From NCBI GenBank assembly GCA_963772835.1, contig CAVYYZ010000006.1, positions 1 to 64,000 on the forward strand: 64,000 nucleotides of DNA. The letters run 5' to 3'. A model generated the notes under the pieces. That model was given only the letters and a program-made list of their open reading frames with translations. It ran no database searches and was not told the origin of the DNA. Of this stretch, positions 1 to 9,421 are shown one piece after another. A program made the position numbers and the translations under genes. The stretch's first letter is position 1; each line of letters starts with the position of its first letter. The stretch is from an uncultured delta proteobacterium. GTDB lineage: Bacteria; Desulfobacterota; Desulfuromonadia; Geobacterales; Pseudopelobacteraceae.

Positions 1-1168
1 GAGTGCCGGTGGTTTTTGAAACAAGCTCAGGAGTATAGCGCCCGTAATGCTTCTTCAACAGCTGGAAGACGCAGTGCGGGTCCTTAAGTGTCGGATCCTT
101 TTTGATACTGTCGTCTGCATTTTTCTGGAACGACCAGGCCTTGGCGTCATAGCTCCGTTTCTTGGCGTCATAGCCGGAGAAGAGACCGGCAAGATCGCCC
201 GGCATCTTGAAATCAGCGTTCACCAGATAGGAGGAGTTGGTATAGTCGCGCACATACTGTTCAAAATGGAGCTTGTTCTGCAGGATGTAGTTGATCATGC
301 CGCCCAGGAAAGCGATATCGGTGCCTGAACGGAGCGGAGCGTACAGGTCGGCCTTGGCCGCGCTGCGTGTAAAGCGTGGATCAACGCAGATCACCTTGGC
401 GCCGGCTTCTTTGGCCTTCATGATCCAGCGGAAGGAAACCGGGTGGTTCTCGGCGGGGTTGGACCCCATGATCAGGATTACGTCAGAATTCTTGAAATCT
501 ATCCAGTGGTTCGTCATTGCACCGCGTCCGAACGACTCTGCCAGAGCCGCAACTGTTGCGCTGTGTCAAATGCGGGCCTGATGTTCAATATACACCAGGC
601 CTAACCCCCGTAAGAATTTCTGGTACAGGTAGCACTCTTCATTATCCAGTGCGGCGCTGCCGACCGAAGCCATTCCCATGGTACGGTTGACCACAGCCTG
701 AATCTCTTTTTCGACATCAACGCCGCCGATCTTTTCCTTGATCTTTATTTTGCTGGTAGCAACAAAGGTGGCATCGCGCGTTTTTTTAATTTTCCCGGCG
801 ATTTCGTCCAGCGCCCAGTCCCAGGTGACCTCTTTCCACTGGCTGGCGCCGGCGGCACGATACATAGGCGTGGTGACGCGGGCCTTGTTGTCGCGCAGCT
901 GGAAAACCGACGCTCCTTTCGGGCAGAGCGTACCCTCGTTGATCGGATGATCGGGGTCACCCTCAACATTGATGATGTTCCCCCCCAGAGTATGCACGAT
1001 CATGCCGCAGCCGACCGAGCAGTAGGGGCAGATGGTTGTGGATTCCTTGGCGTAGTGAATAGCCAGATCTTCGGCTTTTGCCTCGACCGGAGCGAGGTTG
1101 AAACCGAGGGTGGCTGCCGCAAGCCCGGACCCGGAGAGCTTGAAAAAATCTCTACGTGATACCGCCAT
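1..1168 (-). CDS. fdnG: Formate dehydrogenase major (alpha) subunit, selenocysteine-containing, Tat-exported; 3' part runs off the window
   Basis: ATG at 1168 after GGAGG; Tat signal SRRDFFK; 4Fe-4S motif CPYCSVGC...LCPKG. The listed ORF stops at EHQARI-TGA (566-568), but the frame continues open as HSATVAALAESFGRGAMTNHWIDFKNSDVILIMGSNPAENHP to the window edge, which is the conserved FDH active-site context. Confidence 0.95.
533..549 (-). promoter_or_regulatory. Putative bacterial SECIS hairpin
   Basis: Minus strand CGGCUCU-GGC-AGAGUCG stem-loop with G in the apical loop, starting about 17 nt after the in-frame UGA. Confidence 0.65.
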
Positions 1169-1295
1169 TGCTGTACCTCCTTTTTTAATGGTTGTAATCG
1201 TTGCCGATACCAACCATCCCCTTTTCTAACCCTGACCATGACAGGCAGGATAAGTTCGTTTACGAAGCAGTTATCTGCCGGAACGGCGCAGGTAC

Positions 1296-1400
1296 ATGAC
1301 TTCTCACTCACTAAAGGAGGGCAGCGCCGTTTCCGGCGATACCCGCTGGCCGCAAGCCGTGGAAACCGTTTCTTTAGGCTGGTGCGACTCGGAGATGGAT
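1296..1400 (-). ncRNA. Moco/Tuco-class riboswitch (molybdenum/tungsten cofactor RNA motif), apparently lacking P3
   Basis: Minus strand reads AUCUCCGAG-UCGCA..AGCCUAAAG..ACGGCU-UGCGGC-CAGCGGGUA-UCGCCG-GAAA-CGGCG-CUGCCC-UCC..GAG-UGAGA: CUCCGAG start, CCUAA-containing P2, CAG.GGG junction and GAAA-capped P4; located in the leader of a bis-PGD enzyme gene. Confidence 0.75.
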
Positions 1401-1609
1401 ACGTCGTGGTCTGTCTGATCGAAACAAACCGGATGATGTTCTGCATTGAAGCGCGAAAAATAACTGGAACTTTACGAATAAACCATTGTATCATTAGTAC
1501 ACAATAGAATCTTTTGGGATGCCAATGGCATAGCATGATAAATTATCAACAATAACAGCATTATCAGCTGTTTCTGCCCGACGGTAAAACGGCGGCTGTT
1601 CTAACTTAA

Positions 1610-1626
1610 AGCAATAGACATGCCAA
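1610..1626 (-). promoter_or_regulatory. Sigma54 (-24/-12) promoter for fdnG
   Basis: Minus strand TTGGCATGTCTATTGCT: GG-N10-GC with TGGCA and TTGC consensus bases, pointing to the riboswitch and fdnG. Confidence 0.8.
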
Positions 1627-1731
1627 TGGGCGCTCAAAATAGAACCTGATTTCATTCAGCATAACAGAGCTGCATTTCAGCCATTTGAAAGAGTTACTAT
1701 GTACCAAGGAATTATCGACACCGGATTATTA

Positions 1732-1768
1732 TGTGTACTTTGCATACAACACGTATCCTTTTGATACA
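1732..1768. promoter_or_regulatory. Tandem putative enhancer (UAS) sites for a sigma54 activator
   Basis: TGTGTACTTTGCATACA (1732-1748) and CGTATCCTTTTGATACA (1752-1768): two 17-bp (T/C)GT-N11-ACA dyads 20 bp apart, about 105-140 bp upstream of the -24 box. Confidence 0.5.
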
Positions 1769-1808
1769 ATAACGGACCGGTGGCGAGAAAACATGTGAGG
1801 AGGCGAGT

Positions 1809-3191
1809 GTGTCTGATGGGAAAATCGTCATCTGCGACGATGAAAAAGAGATACTGCGTTATCTGAAGAAAATCCTGCATTCCCATGGATATGCTGCAGA
1901 TACCTATGCCGACGGGCGGATTCTGCTGGATCGGCTTGAGGCCGACGCGGCATATACACCGGAGCTGTTGGTCCAGGACATCAACATGCCCGGGATAACC
2001 GGTATCGAAATCCTCAGGAAGGTTCGTGTGCTGCGTCCTGAACTGCCGGTCGTGGTCATGACAGCCTTCGGCAGTATCGATTCAGCGGTTGAGTCCATAA
2101 AGCTTGGAGCCTATGACTATATCACCAAGCCATTCCCCAAAGAGAAGCTGCTCGGCGTACTTGAAAAGGCGCTGGAGCGCGAAACGCTGCTGAAAGAGAA
2201 CCGCTCGCTGAAGGAAGAGCTGATCCGCAGCGCCGCCCCCGGTGAAATCATCTTCGCCAGCAGCAAATACCGCGAAGTCCATGATATGACCCTGCAGGTA
2301 GCAGCGAGTGAGGCCAACATACTGATTCAGGGGGAATCTGGCACCGGCAAGGAGCTGATTGCACGGGCAATTCATTACAACAGCGGCCGACGTGGTCAGC
2401 GCTACCTGACCATCAACTGCGCCGCCCTGACTGATACCCTGCTGGAAAGCCAGCTTTTCGGGCACCTGCGCGGAGCCTTTACCGGTGCCACTACGAGCCA
2501 GAAAGGGCTGCTGGAGGCCGCTGACGGCGGGACCCTCTTTCTTGATGAGATTGGAGACATGACTCTCTCTCTTCAGGCAAAACTTCTGCGCGTCATACAG
2601 GAACGTGAGTTTACCCCTGTCGGATCGACCGAAATCAGAAACTGTGACATCCGCATAGTGGCTGCTACCAATAAGAAACTTGAGAGAGAAGTGAGTGAGG
2701 GGCGCTTTCGGGAAGATCTCTACTACCGTCTCAACGTCATTACTCTTCACCCTCCTCCATTGAGGGAGCGGAAGGAGGATCTGGAACCGCTCGCCCGGCA
2801 TTTCATGGCCCGGTTTTCCACGCGGATGAAAAAACAGGTTGATGACATAACCGGAGACGCTCTCCGGGTTCTGCACAATTATCACTGGCCCGGTAATATC
2901 AGGGAGCTGGAAAATATCATCGAGCGCGCCGTCATTCTTGCCAGATCGCACCGGATAACAGCTGATCTACTGCCTGTCTCAAGCAAATCCGGCGCGCCGG
3001 TATCCTTGAATGCGGACGACAGGGATTCTCTTGAAAGTGTCGAGCGGAATCATATCCTCTGGGTTCTGAAGAAAAACTCCTATCACAAGAGCCGGAGCGC
3101 CGAAACTCTGGGAATCACCCGTAAAACCCTGGATCGGAAGATCGGCGACTATGGCCTGACCATACCAAAAAACAGTGTCGAGTCCACTTAG
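1809..3191 (+). CDS. Sigma54-dependent response regulator (REC-AAA+-Fis HTH, NtrC/AtoC family)
   Basis: REC domain (DDE, D..MP), GESGTGKE Walker A, GAFTGA, LFLDE Walker B, C-terminal HTH; GTG start after GAGGAGG. Confidence 0.95.
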   Translation: MSDGKIVICDDEKEILRYLKKILHSHGYAADTYADGRILLDRLEADAAYTPELLVQDINMPGITGIEILRKVRVLRPELPVVVMTAFGSIDSAVESIKLGAYDYITKPFPKEKLLGVLEKALERETLLKENRSLKEELIRSAAPGEIIFASSKYREVHDMTLQVAASEANILIQGESGTGKELIARAIHYNSGRRGQRYLTINCAALTDTLLESQLFGHLRGAFTGATTSQKGLLEAADGGTLFLDEIGDMTLSLQAKLLRVIQEREFTPVGSTEIRNCDIRIVAATNKKLEREVSEGRFREDLYYRLNVITLHPPPLRERKEDLEPLARHFMARFSTRMKKQVDDITGDALRVLHNYHWPGNIRELENIIERAVILARSHRITADLLPVSSKSGAPVSLNADDRDSLESVERNHILWVLKKNSYHKSRSAETLGITRKTLDRKIGDYGLTIPKNSVEST

Positions 3192-3194
3192 CCA

Positions 3195-5189
3195 ATGCGG
3201 TTACCCCGACTCTCCATACGCCTCAAGCTGATGATCGGTTCGATCCTGCCGCTCTTCATCACTATCTTGTTCTGCTCGATGGCGGGTATCTATATCATAA
3301 ACACCCGCATCAATGTGCTGGCCCAGGAAAAGGTGCGTACCGACCTCAACTCGGCCCGCGAGGTGTACTCCAACGAAATCGCCCATATTCGTGATGTAAT
3401 CCGTTTTTCCACCAGCATGCCTCATGCCGCAGAAGCGGTGATCACCAATAATCGAAACGTCATCGCCCGCTTACTGTCCGAGATGATTAAAAATGAGCAG
3501 CTTGATGTCCTGACACTGGTGGACAGCCGTGGCCGGGTTTTATTCCGTGGAGGCAATCCAGACGTCTACGGAGAACGGCTCGACACGGATCCTCTGGTCA
3601 GCAGGGCACTGAATGGTGAGGTCGTTGCCGGGAGTCAGATATTCTCCCCGGAAAGGTTGCTGCGTGAAGGTCACAATCTGGTTAGTCAGGCAATTATAGA
3701 TGTAATCCCGACCGAACGTGCACAATTAGAGGTTAAAAAATACGAACCGGCCGGCATGATGATGGTCGCTTCAGCTCCTGTCAGAAACCGGCGTGGGGAT
3801 GTGGTCGGCGCTATGTACGGCGGCGTTCTGCTGAACAGGAATAATACGGTGGTGGACAGGATCAAGAAGATTGTTTTCGAGGGGGTTCAGTCTAACGGAA
3901 AGGACGTGGGTACCGCCACCATTTTTCTGGATGATACCCGAATCAGCACGAACGTCCAGACTCTGGAGGGAAACAGGGCGATCGGCACCAGACTCTCCGC
4001 CGAGGTGTATAACCGCGTTATCCTGAACGGGGAAAAATGGGTTGATCGGGCGTTTGTCGTCAACGACTGGTATTTCACGGCATATGAACCGATTTTTGAT
4101 CTGGACGGCACTGTTATCGGATCGCTGTACGTTGGCATGCTCGAACAGCCGCATACGGCTCTTAAGAAGAAGGTAAGCCTGCTCTTTACCGGAGTACTGC
4201 TGGCCGGAGCGCTGTTCGGACTGGCCGTCTCCGGGTACACCGGCAACCTGCTCTCCCGTCCCATCAGGGAGCTCAAAGGGCTTGTGCAGAGATTTTCTGC
4301 CGGGGAACGGGATCTACGGATTGAAACGTCATCAGGGGACGAAATCGGTGAACTGGCCCAGGAGTTCAACACCATGACTGCTGCGCTGAGACAGCGGGAA
4401 GACGCGATCATACAGCTGAACAAAAGCCTCGAAGCCAAAGTGCAGGAACGAACAGCCGAACTGGAGGCAAAAAACCAGCTTCTTCTCAAGACCCAGGGTG
4501 AGTTGGTGAAGGCGGAAAAACTGGCGGCAGTCGGTGAACTGGCCGCCGGGGTGGCACACGAAATCAATAACCCTATGGCGATCATTCGGGGCAATGCCGA
4601 AATTCTGCTGATGGATCTTCAGGAGGGGCATCCGAACCGGGAGGAAGCTGAAATCATCTCGCATCAGGTGTCGCGCGTGGAAGGAGTCGTCGGCAACCTG
4701 CTCTCCTTCGCCCGCCATCAGAGAAAAACCGTTATGGCCGTTTCGATTAACCAGATTCTGGAAGAGATACTACAGCAGGTGAAACACCATGTGCCGCTCG
4801 GCGGCATTACCGTTGTCCGTGAATTTACAGGCGGTGATAACAAGATTGAAGGGGACGAAAATCAGCTTCGGCAGGTGTTTACAAATCTTATTGTGAATGC
4901 GGTCCAGGCAATGGAGGGTGGCGGGATGCTGACTGTCAGGACTGTGCTGACAATGGCTGCCGGGACCTGCCGGGTGGAGATCGGAGACAGCGGAGACGGC
5001 ATCCACCCGGAACAGATCAAGGATATTTTTACGCCGTTCTTCACCACCAAACGATCCGGGACAGGTCTTGGGCTGTCAGTGTCATACGGCATAGTACGGA
5101 ATCATGGGGGCGGAATCACAGTCAGAAGCGAACCCGGCGCCGGCTCACTGTTTACGGTCACACTCCCCGTGTGTCAGCAGAACTCATAA
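3195..5189 (+). CDS. Membrane sensor histidine kinase (periplasmic Cache-like, HAMP, HisKA, HATPase)
   Basis: Two TM segments, HAMP (DEIGELA), AHEINNP H-box, NLIVNA, DSGDG, PFFTTK, GTGLGL. Confidence 0.95.
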   Translation: MRLPRLSIRLKLMIGSILPLFITILFCSMAGIYIINTRINVLAQEKVRTDLNSAREVYSNEIAHIRDVIRFSTSMPHAAEAVITNNRNVIARLLSEMIKNEQLDVLTLVDSRGRVLFRGGNPDVYGERLDTDPLVSRALNGEVVAGSQIFSPERLLREGHNLVSQAIIDVIPTERAQLEVKKYEPAGMMMVASAPVRNRRGDVVGAMYGGVLLNRNNTVVDRIKKIVFEGVQSNGKDVGTATIFLDDTRISTNVQTLEGNRAIGTRLSAEVYNRVILNGEKWVDRAFVVNDWYFTAYEPIFDLDGTVIGSLYVGMLEQPHTALKKKVSLLFTGVLLAGALFGLAVSGYTGNLLSRPIRELKGLVQRFSAGERDLRIETSSGDEIGELAQEFNTMTAALRQREDAIIQLNKSLEAKVQERTAELEAKNQLLLKTQGELVKAEKLAAVGELAAGVAHEINNPMAIIRGNAEILLMDLQEGHPNREEAEIISHQVSRVEGVVGNLLSFARHQRKTVMAVSINQILEEILQQVKHHVPLGGITVVREFTGGDNKIEGDENQLRQVFTNLIVNAVQAMEGGGMLTVRTVLTMAAGTCRVEIGDSGDGIHPEQIKDIFTPFFTTKRSGTGLGLSVSYGIVRNHGGGITVRSEPGAGSLFTVTLPVCQQNS

Positions 5190-5244
5190 CACACCCCCGG
5201 GAAGGAATAGTCCCTTCGTTTTGAGGGGAGGGCGATGCGCGCTG

Positions 5245-5766
5245 TCAGTGATTTCCAGGTTGCTTTTTAATGATCCTGGTTTCCACAAAATCGGCCACCT
5301 GGGCGGGATCGTTAAGATCCAGAAGCGGCACATCCAGTTCCAGCGGTTCGTCTGATGCCACTGCAATCAGCGTCGGATCATGATCCTCACCCCGGCAGAT
5401 CAGAGTTGCGCTCCGCTCCCTGCGATGCAGTTCGATCTTAGGGAGGGTGCTTTTTTTAAATCCTTCAGTCAGAATCACATCCACATCGTTGAAATAGGTG
5501 GCGATCAGTTCCTCAACCGAAGGCACTTCTGCATGCTGTTTGACCAGGGCCAGTTTTTCGGGCGATGAAACCAGCATGGTGTCGGCACCGGCAACGGTAA
5601 GGCGGTGGCTGTCCTTGCCGGGGTGATCGATGTCGAAGCGGTGGGCATCATGTTTGATTACGCCGACCCGGTAGCCGCGGCATTTGAGCTCTGCGATAAC
5701 CTTTTCCAGCAGAGTTGTTTTGCCGGTTCCTGATTTGGCGACGAAGCAGACAGTTCTGGTGATCAT
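5245..5766 (-). CDS. mobB: Molybdopterin-guanine dinucleotide biosynthesis protein B
   Basis: AKSGTGKTT P-loop, VGVIKHDAH, GKDS, ILTEGFK; likely start MITRTV at 5766, not the long ORF start. Confidence 0.9.
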   Translation of the reverse strand: MITRTVCFVAKSGTGKTTLLEKVIAELKCRGYRVGVIKHDAHRFDIDHPGKDSHRLTVAGADTMLVSSPEKLALVKQHAEVPSVEELIATYFNDVDVILTEGFKKSTLPKIELHRRERSATLICRGEDHDPTLIAVASDEPLELDVPLLDLNDPAQVADFVETRIIKKQPGNH

Positions 5767-5847
5767 GGGCACCTCATTACGCGGTAATCTTTCTGCTGCG
5801 GAATGTAAAGCAAACCGGTATTCAGCGCAAAGGAAAAGCTGAAAAAA

Positions 5848-5861
5848 TTGACCTGAGTCAT
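5848..5861. promoter_or_regulatory. Putative CRP/FNR-family (HcpR/Dnr-like) box
   Basis: TTGAC-CTGA-GTCAT, one mismatch from a perfect TTGAC-N4-GTCAA dyad, 35 bp upstream of the ygbA-like gene. Confidence 0.5.
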
Positions 5862-5896
5862 GTATGATGGAGGCTGAACAGGGGATAGTCACGGTC

Positions 5897-6241
5897 ATGG
5901 AAACAGTTACCAGACAGCAGAAAAAAGATATCAGGTTGCTCGGGAAGTTTGTCGAAGTGTACTGCGCCGGAAAACATCCCGCCGCAACCCGTCCTCCGGT
6001 TGTTCTTCCGTCCGGTCTGGGAGAACGATTCGTCTGTCCGGAATGTAGATCCTTTCTGGAGTACGCAGTTGCCAAGCGGCTGAAATGCCCGCTGGAAGCA
6101 GAAAAGCCGACCTGCAAGCATTGCCGTATCCACTGCTATGACAGAGTGCGCCGTGAAAAGGTACGGGAGGTCATGTCGTACGCCGGGCGACGGCTGATGA
6201 TGCGGGGGCGGCTGGATTATCTCTGGCATTATTTCTTTTAG
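5897..6241 (+). CDS. YgbA-like (nitrous oxide-stimulated promoter family) Cys-rich protein
   Basis: YC..KH, CPEC, RL.KCP..KPTCKHC.IHCY, VMSYAG.RLM pattern. Confidence 0.85.
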   Translation: METVTRQQKKDIRLLGKFVEVYCAGKHPAATRPPVVLPSGLGERFVCPECRSFLEYAVAKRLKCPLEAEKPTCKHCRIHCYDRVRREKVREVMSYAGRRLMMRGRLDYLWHYFF

Positions 6242-6308
6242 ACCTACAACCGGGGGAACCATCGGATCGCCCCTGCAATCAATACAGATAGCCAAGGAGA
6301 AACAACCA

Positions 6309-7058
6309 ATGTTGAGAAAAATTGTAACAATCGATCAGGAAAAATGTGACGGCTGCGGACTTTGTGTCCCATCATGTGCCGAAGGGGCGATTACGCTGAT
6401 AAACGGCAAAGCGGTATTGTCGGCCGATAATCTGTGCGACGGTCTTGGAGCCTGTCTGGGTGAGTGCCCGCGGGATGCCATCAAGATAGAGGAGCGCGAG
6501 GCGGATGAGTTTGATGAGGCGGCAGTGGAGCAGCATCTGGCCGCTCAGGGGAAGCCGGCGCCGGTTCTCCAGCATGCAGTTCAGCCTCCGGCCGCGGTTC
6601 ACCATCACGGCGGCGGCTGCCCCGGTTCCCGCGCCATGAGTTTTACCCCGCCACAGGCCGCTTCTGATGCACCTCCGGCCGGCAGTCGACAGAGTCGGCT
6701 TGCCCAGTGGCCGGTGCAGCTGCATCTGGTCCCGACGACCGCGCCGTATTTTCAGGGTGCCGATCTGCTGATCACCGCCGATTGCGTGCCGGTAGCCTAT
6801 GCCGGATATCACGAGGATTTCCTCAAGGGTAAAGCGGTTGTGATGGGGTGCCCCAAGCTGGACGACAACAACTTCTACACCCAGAAGCTGACGGAACTGT
6901 TCAGCAAGTCTGATGTGAAGAGCGTTACCGTGCTGAAGATGGAGGTCCCCTGCTGCGGCGGCATCGCTGTGGCGGCCCGTCAGGCGCTTGCGGCATGTGG
7001 CAAGGAGATTCCGTACAAAGAGGTAACTATTGGAATCCAGGGGCAGATCAAAGGGTAG
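6309..7058 (+). CDS. 4Fe-4S dicluster ferredoxin-domain protein
   Basis: CDGCGLCVPSC and CDGLGACLGECP; GCPGS, QWPVQL, ADC, GCPKLD and MEVPCC motifs. Confidence 0.9.
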   Translation: MLRKIVTIDQEKCDGCGLCVPSCAEGAITLINGKAVLSADNLCDGLGACLGECPRDAIKIEEREADEFDEAAVEQHLAAQGKPAPVLQHAVQPPAAVHHHGGGCPGSRAMSFTPPQAASDAPPAGSRQSRLAQWPVQLHLVPTTAPYFQGADLLITADCVPVAYAGYHEDFLKGKAVVMGCPKLDDNNFYTQKLTELFSKSDVKSVTVLKMEVPCCGGIAVAARQALAACGKEIPYKEVTIGIQGQIKG

Positions 7059-7092
7059 GTTTTTCAGTTGAACAGCATTTGCGCGCAGATAC

Positions 7093-9387
7093 TTACGTTC
7101 CCTGCATCAGCTGAAGAATCTTTTCCCGCAGTTCCCGTACCTGAAAGGGTTTCTGGATAAAGGCGTCCGGTTTGTCACCCGAAAAGCTCATGGTTGTGTC
7201 GTGCGTGGAATGGCCGGTGCTGATGATTATCCTGACAGCCGGATTTATCCGTCTGAGCTCCCGGAATGTCGCACCGCCGTCCATTATGGGCATGGTCATG
7301 TCCAGGATGACGAGCTGAATCTCACGGTGCCGTGTCCGGAAAATTTCAACAGCTTCCAGACCGTCACACGCGGACAAAGCGGAAAAACCGAAATGGGTGA
7401 CACATTGAACACAGAAGTCACGAACATCATCTTCGTCGTCCACGACCAGTACCGTGCCGGTTAAAAAAGGCGATAGTGCGTCTGTTTCCGGCAGATGCCC
7501 GTGCGCGTCAGTCTCAGTAGCCCCATCATTGCCTGCAGGCAGCAGTATCGTGAACTGCGAGCCCCGGCCCGGTTCGCTGTGCAGGATGATGGCGCCGTGG
7601 TGAGATCGTATTATGCCGAGCACTGCCGACATGCCAAGGCCCCGCCCCGTGAATTTGGTAGAGTAAAACGGTTCGAAGAGGCGTTGTTCTGTTTCGGCAT
7701 CCATGCCTGAACCGGAATCTGAAACATCTAAATAAACATAGCGCCCGGCAACCTGCTTCTCTTCCAGGCGGTTCTTCGCCAACTCTTCTTCGGTGAATTC
7801 CCTGACGCCGGTGGAGAGGGTAATCACACCCGGTATGTCGCCAATTGCCTCTGAGGCATTGGTTATGAGGTTCATGACTACCTGCTGAATCTGACCTGGG
7901 TCAACTGTTACGGAGGGGAGGTCGGCGGCCAGGTTGATCGTAAAGGTAATGGTTTTTGGTACTGTTGTCTTGAAGAGATCTACATTCTCCCGGACAATGT
8001 TACCGAGGTCAATCTGTCTGAGCGTGACGATGCCCTTCCCGGAGTAGGCGAGCATCTGCCGTGTCAGGTCCGCTGCTTTGTTGCTCGCCCGCACCGCCTT
8101 TCGTATCCCGGTTGTTGCGGTCGAGTCCGGGGGAAGGCGCCGAAGCGCCAAGTCGAGATTGCCGATTATGACAGTCAGCAGGTTGTTAAAGTCGTGGGCG
8201 ATGCCGCCGGCAAGCACTCCCAGACTTTTGAGCTTCTGGGTATGGAGAAGCTGGCGCTCCAGATCAAGACGTTCATATTCGACACGCTTCTGGTCCGTTA
8301 TGTCTGCTATAATCAGTACGATTGAAATAAGCCGGCCTTCAGCATCGGTATGTCGTCTGGCGCTGGCGAACCCCTGGAAATAAGTACCATCTTTACGAAC
8401 ATAATTTCTTTCACAGGAAATCTGTTCGAGATCCCCCCCGACCAGACTTTGAATATTGCTGTCACTGGATTCATAGTTATCGGCAGATACCAGCTTGTGA
8501 TAGGCGCTGGAGAGTAATTCCTGCAGGCTGTATCCAAACATGTCCGACATGCTTTGATTCGCCAGAACTATGCACCCCAGCTCATTCACCATGATAATGC
8601 CCGCCTTGGACGTGTCGAAAATCACCCGAAGCTGCTGTTCGTTTTCTTCAAGACAGGCGGCCATGTGATTGAAACTGTCAACCAGAAGCTTCAGTTCACC
8701 TTTTACCGTGCTGTTCACGCGTACCGTAGGATCACCCTGGGCAAGCTTCAGGTTTGATTCGATGAGCGCCGTCAGCGGGTCGAATAATGTTTTCCGGAAA
8801 ACAATAATAAGCGCATACAAGAGAAGTGCCGCCATCAACACATTTATCGAAACAATAAGCAGCACGCTCTTTTCTATCTCGCTGAGTGCTGTATGTTTAG
8901 ACAGACCCACAACAACCGTGCCGAGATGTGCGGTGTCGATTTCGACAGGCAATGCTACTTCCATAATGTGATGCTCTGTTTTGAGTACCTTTACGATTCC
9001 GGTCAGATCCATATCTTTTGGCAGCGCGGTGAATATGCTGTTGAAACGGGGCACACGATAATTGAGGCTCGCATATTTGGTGGTCAGGAGTGTGCCCTGT
9101 CCATTATAGACAAGAATGTAGGCGATCTGCTCACTGTCACTGTCCGCTTCATTGACGATCGCATCAAGTGCCACGTAGTTTTGTGCAATCAGCGGTTCTG
9201 TGCTCAGTCTTGCAATGAAAATTGCCAGACGCCTGCCGCTGTCCTCCAGTTCGCGCATGGAATTCTGATACTCATGACCGGAGATGAGGACGCTCAACAG
9301 GATGGTGCCGATCAGCAGCATCACGGCAATAATTCTGAAAAATCTGAAACTTATGGAGTTGCTGGAAGTCCTGCCTAACAAAAGCAT
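7093..9387 (-). CDS. Hybrid sensor histidine kinase (TM-HAMP-PAS-HisKA-HATPase-REC)
   Basis: AHDFNNLL H-box, MNLITNA, DSGSGM, GRGLG, C-terminal REC (VDDE, LDMTMP, KPF). Confidence 0.95.
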   Translation of the reverse strand: MLLLGRTSSNSISFRFFRIIAVMLLIGTILLSVLISGHEYQNSMRELEDSGRRLAIFIARLSTEPLIAQNYVALDAIVNEADSDSEQIAYILVYNGQGTLLTTKYASLNYRVPRFNSIFTALPKDMDLTGIVKVLKTEHHIMEVALPVEIDTAHLGTVVVGLSKHTALSEIEKSVLLIVSINVLMAALLLYALIIVFRKTLFDPLTALIESNLKLAQGDPTVRVNSTVKGELKLLVDSFNHMAACLEENEQQLRVIFDTSKAGIIMVNELGCIVLANQSMSDMFGYSLQELLSSAYHKLVSADNYESSDSNIQSLVGGDLEQISCERNYVRKDGTYFQGFASARRHTDAEGRLISIVLIIADITDQKRVEYERLDLERQLLHTQKLKSLGVLAGGIAHDFNNLLTVIIGNLDLALRRLPPDSTATTGIRKAVRASNKAADLTRQMLAYSGKGIVTLRQIDLGNIVRENVDLFKTTVPKTITFTINLAADLPSVTVDPGQIQQVVMNLITNASEAIGDIPGVITLSTGVREFTEEELAKNRLEEKQVAGRYVYLDVSDSGSGMDAETEQRLFEPFYSTKFTGRGLGMSAVLGIIRSHHGAIILHSEPGRGSQFTILLPAGNDGATETDAHGHLPETDALSPFLTGTVLVVDDEDDVRDFCVQCVTHFGFSALSACDGLEAVEIFRTRHREIQLVILDMTMPIMDGGATFRELRRINPAVRIIISTGHSTHDTTMSFSGDKPDAFIQKPFQVRELREKILQLMQGT

Positions 9388-9421
9388 TCTCCTTTACAGA
9401 GTATCGGATCCGCCTGAAATA

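Noticed and set aside
566..568. Premature stop suggesting an fdnG pseudogene
   Set aside because: The UGA is at the conserved Sec position, with an open conserved frame and a hairpin downstream
1265..1281. Second sigma54-like motif CGGCAGATAACTGCT on the minus strand
   Set aside because: GG-GC spacing is 9, not the required 10
1000..1536. ORFs of 178 aa (-) and 89 aa (+) in the fdnG leader
   Set aside because: No recognisable motifs; they overlap the riboswitch and fdnG
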